The position numbers were made by a program, and so were the translations under genes. DNA of 64,000 bases from Eledone cirrhosa (Eukaryota). Below, one piece after another: positions 55,059 to 64,000 of this stretch; within the stretch, counting starts at the first letter, position 1; each line of letters begins with the position of its first letter. The notes below the pieces were generated by a model, which was not told the DNA's origin, made no database searches, and saw nothing but the letters and a program-made list of their open reading frames with translations. The stretch lies in contig OZ024746.1 of assembly GCA_964016885.1 (NCBI GenBank), positions 24,366,001 to 24,430,000 on the forward strand, given 5' to 3'.

Positions 55059-57230
55059 TCAGTCACTATCTGAGTCATCCGACAAGTTGACAACATTAGA
55101 AGAGGCCTTCAGTTTATCCTTACAGATTATTTGACTAGTTACATAAATACACTTTGACTTTCCAGGATGTTTTACTTGAATATGTTTCAAAATTACCCGC
55201 CTCTGGCTGTTTTTCGCCTCGCAGTGTGGACAATGGACATACTTCAGTAAGTTCAACTGCAAGTGCTGCAACAACTCGCTGCTGCATTGAAATAGGAGAC
55301 CACAGTAAGCACAGCAGAATTCTGGCTCTTCAGAATGAACGGATTCATTATGTTGTACAAACATCTTGACAAGGTTAGTGTTGAAACCACACATGGAACA
55401 AGAATAAAGAAGGAACATGTCTGTAGAAATATGAGTAGATAAGTGTTTTAGAAAGCAGTCAATAACAGGAAATGCTTGGCCACAATGTGCACAAACATAA
55501 TCAGCTTTGTTTTGACTATGTAGGTTACGCATGTGGTCTTTAAATTCCTCTAGAGTAAGGCTAGAGAAAGAACAGTTTGAAAAGCCACATATATAAAAGT
55601 TACCTCCATAGAGTTCATTTTTCTCTTTAGGATAAAGATTTGCATTGTTATTGGAGGTCATTGAAGCAGTCATCCCTGACTTAACTAGAGTAACATTTTC
55701 ACTGTTAATGTTTGAAGAAACTGTTAAACTAGATTCCTCAGTAACAGATCCTTCGTTGGGTATCACATTAGAAGGGAGAGATTTTTTAGTAGGCATCCTA
55801 ATTTCACATTTAGTTGCTCCAGATAATTGATTACTTGACAACGTATTTATGGCAATGTCATCAACTCCTTTAGTATCTGACCCGAATTTATTCTTAAGTG
55901 AGGGAGGAGGAGGTTGTGTTTGTTCCTCATCATCATCATACATCAGATCTAAATCAATAATCTTGGAACCAGGAATGTCACTATTGGTGTCTCTAACCGA
56001 CCAAACTTCTCCCACCTTGATGTCGTTGCAGCTATCAGATTCTTCAGACACTGCATCCTGTTCGGCTAGCTTTGCTGAAACATGAGATAATGTGTCCTCG
56101 TCAACTGGTTTAGCTGGAATATCAGATTGATGAGCAAGTAATTTAGAAATGGTTTTTTTATCAATGAGTGACCGGCTGAAGGAAGTTGTAGGCAAATGGT
56201 TATATGATTCAGTGGGGTTATGTTTCTGGATATTTATGCCCATTACTTTTGGATTTGATGCAGGAGGGTTTGGATTTGATGCAGGAGGGTTTGGATTTGA
56301 TGCAGGAGGGTTTTCATTTGATGCATCTGTCAATGTTTTACATGTATAAATATTTTTCGAGAGTATATTAGGAACATTTACATTAGGAACTACATTTGAG
56401 AGAGCCGAGTTAGACTGAACAATGAATGGTGAGATATTTCCTGGAGCATATATGTTGGAGAATGGTGTAGTTGCAATGAGATTCATTACATTAGGTTCAA
56501 GAGAGTTGGCAAAATTTGGGCTATATGGTATTATTTTGTATTTGCTAGTATTAATTGGTGAGACAACAGGTAGAGAAGGTGATACCAATTTAGGAGGGAG
56601 TAGAACTGTCACAAAGTCTTTATTTTGGTTATCAACACTTTGGTTAGCCTGAATGTTACTTGCAAGTGCATAGGGAGTAAGAGTTGTGGTGGTTGCTGAC
56701 TGTACATTAGAAGACAATACTGATGGTTGAGTCATTGATGTGTTTTGAATAGAGCCCACAGATATTGGTTTAGCTGAAGGTGTAAGAATGAGTGGTTGAT
56801 AGCTAAAGGATTTACTTGTGCCTGGGATATTAATAATAATCGGTTGCATAGCATCAGTAGATTTCACTGAAACTTGAGATGTCTGTACTTCAGATGGAGC
56901 ACTAACAATAGGGATATTCTGTTTTGAAGGGGGCGTTGAATGGCCTTTTGGTAATATATTTGGTAATATAGTAGGTAATACAACAGTATGCTTCTTTGTA
57001 GGAGTATTAGTTTTTTTCTGTTTAGTGAAGAAAGATGCGTGCTTATGTGAGGAATTAACACGTGCAGTTGTTGGTGGATTTATAGGCGAGTCTCTACGTG
57101 AAGAGTCAGTGTAGGTTTGTTCTTTGTTTTTTGGGGTCAACTCTTGAGACCCGGAGTCAGTCGAGGCGTCACTGATAATTAGAGAATTAGATTGTTCCTG
57201 TAATCCATCTAATTTCAGTTGGCTGTCTAG
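55059..57230 (-). CDS. Zinc-finger protein, C-terminal segment (about 723 codons): S/T/P/N-rich region plus about 5 spaced C2H2 fingers, in frame with the upstream ORF
   Basis: Stop-free frame from 57230 (LDSQLKLDGLQEQSNSLIISDASTDSGSQELTPKN...) to TGA at 55061-55059. Fingers CGFSNC..H..H, CAHC..H..H, CSMC..H..H, CAYC..H and CPHC..H..H. No TGEKP linkers. Confidence 0.85.
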   Translation of the reverse strand, partial: LDSQLKLDGLQEQSNSLIISDASTDSGSQELTPKNKEQTYTDSSRRDSPINPPTTARVNSSHKHASFFTKQKKTNTPTKKHTVVLPTILPNILPKGHSTPPSKQNIPIVSAPSEVQTSQVSVKSTDAMQPIIINIPGTSKSFSYQPLILTPSAKPISVGSIQNTSMTQPSVLSSNVQSATTTTLTPYALASNIQANQSVDNQNKDFVTVLLPPKLVSPSLPVVSPINTSKYKIIPYSPNFANSLEPNVMNLIATTPFSNIYAPGNISPFIVQSNSALSNVVPNVNVPNILSKNIYTCKTLTDASNENPPASNPNPPASNPNPPASNPKVMGINIQKHNPTESYNHLPTTSFSRSLIDKKTISKLLAHQSDIPAKPVDEDTLSHVSAKLAEQDAVSEESDSCNDIKVGEVWSVRDTNSDIPGSKIIDLDLMYDDDEEQTQPPPPSLKNKFGSDTKGVDDIAINTLSSNQLSGATKCEIRMPTKKSLPSNVIPNEGSVTEESSLTVSSNINSENVTLVKSGMTASMTSNNNANLYPKEKNELYGGNFYICGFSNCSFSSLTLEEFKDHMRNLHSQNKADYVCAHCGQAFPVIDCFLKHLSTHISTDMFLLYSCSMCGFNTNLVKMFVQHNESVHSEEPEFCCAYCGLLFQCSSELLQHLQLNLLKYVHCPHCEAKNSQRRVILKHIQVKHPGKSKCIYVTSQIICKDKLKASSNVVNLSDDSDSD

Positions 57231-57902
57231 TCACTTGACTGGTGGAACACACTGTTCCCTATATAAGTTATCCTTCAAATTATTGTTCCTCGGCTTACAT
57301 ACATCTGAACATAGCCTCACAGCAGACATGTTTTTCAGCATTGACAGAGATGACTGAGGGATTTTAGAATCTGTAACAGTTACAGTATCTGGCTGGGTAA
57401 CTGATGTTGAAGAGAGAATCATATTTTGTTGATCCACATGGAAATCAGTGACAGGAACTGCGGTTGCCTTTTCAGGGTTTACTATATCCTCAAAAGGAAC
57501 AAGACTAAACATTAAATTCTTGGATGCATGTTTTACAGAATGGTGGACTTTGATAGAACTGACTTTAGAGAAATATCCACGACAATGGTAGCAGCGCAGT
57601 AGGAAAGTAGTTGTGGTGGGTGTCTTGCCTTCCAGGTATGGTTCTTCAAGCTGAAGCAGAAACTTTTTATGTTTCTTCTTTTCACTCTCAGATTGATTTG
57701 TGGTAGAAATCCTTTTTCTGTTGAACGATCGACACAAAGAGATATGTGCCTCGTATAACGCTCCATCATCTGTCGTAAACTTACAGCCAGGACATCGCTG
57801 AACACCATACTTTGACCAGTCAACAGAACCAGCTGGCTTCTCTTTAGGGATATTTCCAGAATTTTCCACCGTTTTTGACTTTTCTTTCTCACTGATATTC
57901 AT
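57231..57902 (-). CDS. Zinc-finger protein, N-terminal segment (223 aa) ending at an in-frame TGA in readthrough context
   Basis: ATG at 57902 in good context (ccaaaATG) with an upstream in-frame stop. Fingers CPGC-x12-H-x3-C and CYHC-x12-H-x4-H. Ends AAG TGA CTA G. Confidence 0.8.
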   Translation of the reverse strand: MNISEKEKSKTVENSGNIPKEKPAGSVDWSKYGVQRCPGCKFTTDDGALYEAHISLCRSFNRKRISTTNQSESEKKKHKKFLLQLEEPYLEGKTPTTTTFLLRCYHCRGYFSKVSSIKVHHSVKHASKNLMFSLVPFEDIVNPEKATAVPVTDFHVDQQNMILSSTSVTQPDTVTVTDSKIPQSSLSMLKNMSAVRLCSDVCKPRNNNLKDNLYREQCVPPVK

Positions 57903-58094
57903 TTTGGTTTGTTTATTATCTTTTCCCCGTGGTTTCCACAGTTCACCTTCGTATCAGAGGAAGTTTCTAGATATTCAGCACATGAGAAACTCTAACAAAC
58001 CATTTTCCCCATTCCAATGTCTGAGGAACAGAATAATGTATTTTGTATGGTAACAAATAAACTGCCAAATAACATTCAGACTTTAAGATGGTTC
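57903..58094 (-). other. 5' UTR part of the large exon, preceded by a splice acceptor
   Basis: Minus strand reads ttttcttattttcttatttttcctctattttcAG|GAACC, with the AG at 58096-58095. Confidence 0.7.
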
Positions 58095-59287
58095 CTGAAA
58101 ATAGAGGAAAAATAAGAAAATAAGAAAATCATCATTTAATGTCCATTCTCCTTGCTAGCAAGGGTTGGACAGGACATCAATATCAAACCAGTACTCAGGC
58201 AGAGCAACTGACCACTCAAATAATTCCTATTCTGTTTTCTTTAACTTTAAACCTGTTGATATCAAAGCATCTGAAACCACCCTTGATTCTACAAAACATC
58301 TAGGTCATTGTTGGATAAATTTTTGTAACAAACAGGTAAGTCATATAAAGTTTAAATATTTCTGTTTATCCATAAAGTCATTACTTTTACACCTGTTAAT
58401 TTCACCTGCCCATAAAAAAAAAAAAAAATCAGGTAAAGATAGATAATTGTAAATCATTGATATTTAAACATCTGACAAAATTTCAAGTCTGCACATAAAA
58501 AATTTAACAAAATTACAAACAAATATAGTTGATAACCCTCTTGAATATGATTAACTCAAAATTATGTGAATAGATAAACATGACATTTGACAGTAATGTA
58601 AATGCTTATGGGTTTAAGTATAAGCCTAGTAGTAGAAAACTAGACCTAGGGGTACTATTTGGTACAAAAATAATATGGAAGTGACCACCCCAATAGCAAA
58701 AATATTCCTCACAATAATTAGGAGGCCTTTCCCTTCAAAACAGAAATACTGATAAAATATCTTAAACCAACACACCTAACCATGCACATCATATAATCAC
58801 ATTCAACATAGCTAAATTATAGCAATAATTGCATAAAGACAATTGCTCTTAGCAGGTACATGCTTATCTAGTAACAATACAAAAATGTATGGTCAGTACC
58901 CCTTTCACTAGCAGCCTATATAGGGTCAGTTACGGCCCTTTACGGTCAGAGTTCAAATCCTGCCGGGGTTAACTTTGCCTTTCATCCTTATGGAGTTGAT
59001 AAAAAAAGTTATCAGTAATGCACTGGGATAATTGCTGGCCTTATGCCAAACAAGATACAATTATTACTACTACAAGTATTTTCTCATTTTCTTTCCTCAC
59101 CTTTTATTTTTATCAAGTATAACAATTATATTTTATTACTATATATTAGTTTTACGTTTGATATAGTAGGAAAAGAGTCTTAACGTTTCAGACGCTAATC
59201 CATCAGAAAATAGAATGAGAAATTAAAGAAATAGAAAGATAGAGGAGAATGAGCAGTGGCATATATATATATAAAAGTAAAAGTTTG

Positions 59288-59350
59288 TATTTTATCTGAA
59301 GAAAGCGTACCAAAGTGTTTTGGTACCCTTGAAATATATATATAATAAAA
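59288..59350 (+). ncRNA. Minimal hammerhead ribozyme (family of 6645)
   Basis: CTGAAGA aagcgtaccaaa gtgt tttggtaccctt GAAA TATA TA. Confidence 0.7.
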
Positions 59351-59392
59351 TAAACATGTTTTTATAAATATAGTTTCCATTTATTTAATATC

Positions 59393-59441
<49 letters not shown>

Positions 59442-59624
59442 AGATCAAAAGATGGTTAAAGGAGTTCCATGTATTTTATTATGCGCATTTCAAAAACAAA
59501 CATCATCATGCAATAATATTTGTGTTTTCATCAGATAAAACAGGAGAACATGATATGAAGGCTAAAAAACACTTGTGGATAGTGCAGTTTTAAATCTACA
59601 TATATATATATATATATATATATA

Positions 59625-59814
59625 TAACGAAGGAAATGTGGTAAGGAACCAGGTGGACCATAACGCACCAAAGTACTCAATACTTAGGGTAGTAGAGCGG
59701 GTAATAGGAACGAGTAGGGCCCCGACGGCTGAGCTCAAGCCGTTTCGACGGCTAATTCAGTCCAGAATTAGCCGTCGAAACGGCTTGAGCTCAGCCGTCG
59801 GGGTCCTACTCGTT

Positions 59815-59819
<5 letters not shown>
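59625..59819 (-). mobile_element. Family P1 fold-back element
   Basis: Same structure in the opposite orientation. Confidence 0.65.
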
Positions 59820-59886
<67 letters not shown>

Positions 59887-59925
59887 ATGATATTAAATAA
59901 ATGGAAACTATATTTATAAAACCAT

Positions 59926-59988
59926 ATTTTATTATATATATTTCAAGGGTACCAAAACACTTTGGTACGCTTTCTTCAGATAAAATAC
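59926..59988 (-). ncRNA. Minimal hammerhead ribozyme, inverted copy of 59288-59350
   Basis: Reverse complement of the same core. A further variant lies at about 59475-59540(-) (CTGATGA...GAAATGCGCA). Confidence 0.7.
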
Positions 59989-60006
59989 AAAGTTTTACTC
60001 AAATAC

Positions 60007-60056
<50 letters not shown>

Positions 60057-61111
60057 GCCACTGCTCACTCTCGTCTATCTTTCTACATACATCCAACTTC
60101 CCTAATGTTCTACTCGATAAACACACCCAGTTGCATGGTGTAAAGTGGATGATGGCAAGAAAGGGCATCTAGCCATAGAAAGCTTAACAAACAAAGGGTT
60201 GGGAGAATCCTTCAGTTGTGTCAAAGACGTGACAACCTCTAGTGCTGGTGCCACAAGACGCACTCAGTAGAACGTGGGAGAGCCAGTCAGGGAGTAGTAG
60301 CCCCGCTTTAGAATTGATTCGGTCTTTGAAGACCTGTCCAACTTTATGGGTGAACTGAGGGAGAAACTGGTATGGGCATGTGATGTGCATGGATGATGAT
60401 CGCTGAGTGAAGTGCCAAGTAATCCCAGTGGAAGGAAGCCGCATTAGAGGAAGACCGAGGACGACCTGAATGGAAGTGGTGAAAGTTGATCTCAGGTCGT
60501 TAAAGCTCACAGAGCAGATAACAAAGGAACGCAACAAGTGGAGAGATGCTAAAATTATGATGATGGTATAACACAAACATAGCTTTGTTAAAGTTTGGAG
60601 AAGAAATCAAATAAAACTTATTCCATCCATAAAACATTGGATTATACACTACTATTAAAAATAAACATCGATTGTCGGTCTAATAAAAGTGTACTCTGGT
60701 CATTCAAGTGGAACATTTCAACTTCTTGACATCAAAATTATCTCAACCATTACTTCTCTAACTACAAAGTTATCTCTTTTGCACGCCACAATGTCTACAC
60801 GTTATTTGAGAAACAGCTAACGAGGAATCATCTTACTAGAAATAACAGGCATATATCTCTAACTGAATCTCTTGAAGAAAAAAAAATGGAAGACCAAATT
60901 GATGATTATGATGATAAATCCTATAGCGGTTTCGACGATAAGCATCCAGTCATTGGATCAACTGGACTAAGTACATGGCAGAGTGTTCCACAGACACGTG
61001 TATCCTTAACATAATTCCAAGTCAAATCAACGTGACCATTGAATTCCAGGGTACATACAATACACAGAATGATAAACAAAATGAAATGACACATTGGATA
61101 ATGACGTATAG

Positions 61112-61160
<49 letters not shown>

Positions 61161-61790
61161 GAAAAGTGTGCTTATGCGCCGAGATGCTATAAAATAGCTT
61201 ATAAAATAGGTTGAAGACCCTTTAATGACGGAAAAAGAAGTTGCCATCGGCCGCTGTGAGAAATGGAACCTCATATCTCCAAGATATCATTTAGTTGGTG
61301 GGATTGATCATACGGTTGTTTGTTGGTGATAGGTAAGATTTGAGAATAAAACAAGTGTAAAATTATGGATGCCCAGTTCACTAAAGGAGCACTGTTTAGA
61401 TAGAAGCAGAGGTGAGTTTATTTAGCCCTTTCCCCCCACTCCATGTCATAAAACGACGATACTTCATGTTTGGTTGTTAATATATGTAATATTTAGGAAA
61501 ATTTATCCGACCCCCTAATGTAGAGCATGTCCCCACGTTCATAATTACAGGTTTTACAATGTCAGTTAATCATATTAAGCAGACCATCAAATTTTGTTTA
61601 CTAACTGCTAAGAATTCATGAAAAAAAAACAACACATTTATCACAACCAGAACACATTTGTAGAATTAATTACATATAAATTATATATGTCTATATACAT
61701 ATATTGCTCACGAGGTCTTCTTAAAATTTTCATTATAAAATCCGAACATCTCCAAGTGGAAACAAACGCCTCACCCGATCGATTAAAATA

Positions 61791-62155
61791 TTTAACCCCT
61801 TTTTCATGCCCAATCGCCTGAAACTATGATATTAAGTTGTTTATTTTAAATGTTTATATTTATCTAAAACCCTTATATTTGATGCAAGAATCTTCGTTCC
61901 AAACACCAGATAATGAGAAAATTACTAAATCTCTCCAAATTCATAGAAAATCTTAGGCAGTGTATTTCATTAAAAACATGGTAACGAAAAGACTTTATAT
62001 TTATGTTAAAAGAAAACTCCATCATAATTCATTGTAAAACCTTTATGTTCCAAACACCAGATAAATCAAAAGTTGGTTATATTACTAAATCCCTCTGAAT
62101 TCTTGAAAAACAGGTAATGTCTTTCAATAGAAATATGGTAACGAATGGATTTAAT
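61791..62155. mobile_element. Decayed TTAA-type (piggyBac-like) non-autonomous repeat
   Basis: TTAACCC start and internal gttccaaacaccagata duplicated. A relative at about 100-407 ends in AGGGTTAA. Confidence 0.4.
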
Positions 62156-62651
62156 AAAAATCAAATCAACAATTGTTGTAAAAGTAACTTTATCGACAAT
62201 GGTTAAAACCTTTAGTATTTCTGTCTACGTTATAGTGGGGCCGTTTTAGTAACACCTTCTTTATAAATAGGAAGTGGAAGGATATACTTTTACATGGTCA
62301 ACAGTCCTACTACTACAACAGTCAGGCAACTAAATAACCCTTAAATCACATTGGAAAGAAGGAAAGAAAACATTCAATGTACACCCACATACACACAACG
62401 AAATCTCGAACGATATGTGGGAACTGCAGCGAGACAGCAAATTCGAAATACAAAAAAAAAAAGGAAAAAAACATTATAAATTTATCAGAAACGACGCATG
62501 TTCTGTTGTATAAAATATATTTTTGTCCTTTAATAAACTACTGAATGTATTTAAATATAACCAATGTTTCTAGGGTAAGAAATCAATAAGGTCGCTTAGA
62601 AACATCAATATGTTTAATAATTAATGTTATCAAAGTGATAAACATACTCAC

Positions 62652-62700
62652 AGGAAATGACTGGCGTCAGTGTAACGAAGAAATGACAACACACAATGAA
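62652..62700 (-). other. Probable non-coding first exon of the zinc-finger gene
   Basis: Minus strand ...cagtcatttcct|GTGAGTatg donor at 62651, just downstream of TATA-like and Inr-like (TCATT) motifs. Pairing with the 58095 acceptor is inferred. Confidence 0.55.
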
Positions 62701-62800
62701 AACAGCTTTATATCACTCGCTCTATATATATAGCGAGAACAACGTGATGACGTTTAATTCATTGATTGGTCACATCTTTTCCTAGTAGCCGGAAGTTTAT
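62701..62800 (-). promoter_or_regulatory. Pol II core promoter cluster: ETS (CCGGAAGT), CCAAT box (GACCAATCA), CRE half-site (ACGTCA), TATA (TATATATA/TATAAA)
   Basis: Motifs occur in canonical order on the minus strand within 100 bp upstream of a GTGAGT donor. Confidence 0.55.
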
Positions 62801-63118
62801 TCTTTAAAAATACAGTGTTAGTTTCGTATAATCTTTTTTATGAAAATGTATTTCACTACTAAATTATATATTATTTTGGTATTAATGTATTTTTACTGAA
62901 GATATATTTTTTATTATTAGTTTTGAATGAAATATCATACAAAACGATGTTGTTTATTCAAGTTCACCATGACCGAGTAGAATTCTGTTTAAAAGTGTTC
63001 CAAACCGCGACAATCCCGTTATTTGTGCATCTAGAACTGAACTGTTGGTAGAACAGCGTCTCTATCTCGGCCTTTCTACTATATATATATATAACCAGTG
63101 TATTCTTCTCACCCATAT

Positions 63119-63208
<90 letters not shown>

Positions 63209-64000
63209 TAGTAGAGAGGCTGAGGTAGAGACGCTGTTCTACCAACAGGATATTTCATTTCAATTTGTTATAAACTCCCTGTCGGTTAGTTTAATAACTG
63301 GATGACTGTTAAGTTGTTGATTGTCAAAGTTCTTTCGTCTCACATTCTGCGACCTCCTTAGTGAAGACACATGGTTACCGCTACCGCACTTCTTAATCTA
63401 TCTTAATTAACTACTTACATGAGCACTAATTATATGGAAATTAGTATGAACGTGTTTCCATGTGGTTGTTTGGATGATATACACGCAATTAGGTCCGAAA
63501 ATGGATTAAAAGTGCTTATCATTTTTTTTTCAATTTTCAGGGAAATTCGTATTTTCTGGCATATTAACTGCATGTCTGCATATCAAAAATTGGTGCCTGT
63601 GCGAGTGAATGGCTATTGCAACATCTTAACATCGCTGTCATCTAGCCTTACTGAAGTATCATGTAATGGTCGAGAGTGTGCTTGACTATTTCAGCGTTTT
63701 GGTTTGTTATCACTCCTGCAATTGAGTGTATATCTTCTGTTTGATTTACCTTATTTGAAAATCATATTCATTATATATATTGTATTTATCTTAAATACAA
63801 GCCGTAACTGAGGATAACTAATGTATTGTTCTTATAAAACATAAAGGCGTTACGGTTAAGCTTAAACTGTTTTGATGGCGTGACGCGCTTTCCGTCTCCA
63901 ACTTAGTCATTTCGGACACAAACCCCGGTACCACGGCCCGCCATGCAGGGGAAAGGAAGATAAACGAATACCGAGGATTGTCCTGTCGCCGTCGAGATCG

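Overview
AT-rich, microsatellite- and transposon-dense animal genomic DNA. The SINE, Penelope and microsatellite landscape suggests an octopus/coleoid cephalopod (inference). Most short ORFs in the track are translated simple repeats. (1) One host gene on the minus strand encodes a C2H2 zinc-finger protein, with a probable promoter and non-coding exon 1 near 62.7 kb and one large coding exon at 55.06-57.90 kb. Its two ORFs are in the same frame and separated only by a TGA in the canonical readthrough context TGA-CTAG, so it is a stop-codon-recoding candidate. (2) A full-length but disabled Tx1/L1-clade LINE (10.67-16.68 kb) sits in an (ATT)n tail. A 740-bp non-autonomous relative and an abundant tRNA-derived SINE with a similar 3' end also land co-oriented in (ATT)n tails and form head-to-tail chains. 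(3) About a dozen minimal hammerhead-ribozyme motifs and several fold-back palindromes occur as Penelope-like relics in (TA)n tracts. (4) Also present are mariner and hAT MITEs, RTE and R4-like fragments, and an unexplained 76-bp hairpin tandem array flanked by inverted repeats. No rRNA, true tRNA gene or CRISPR array was seen.
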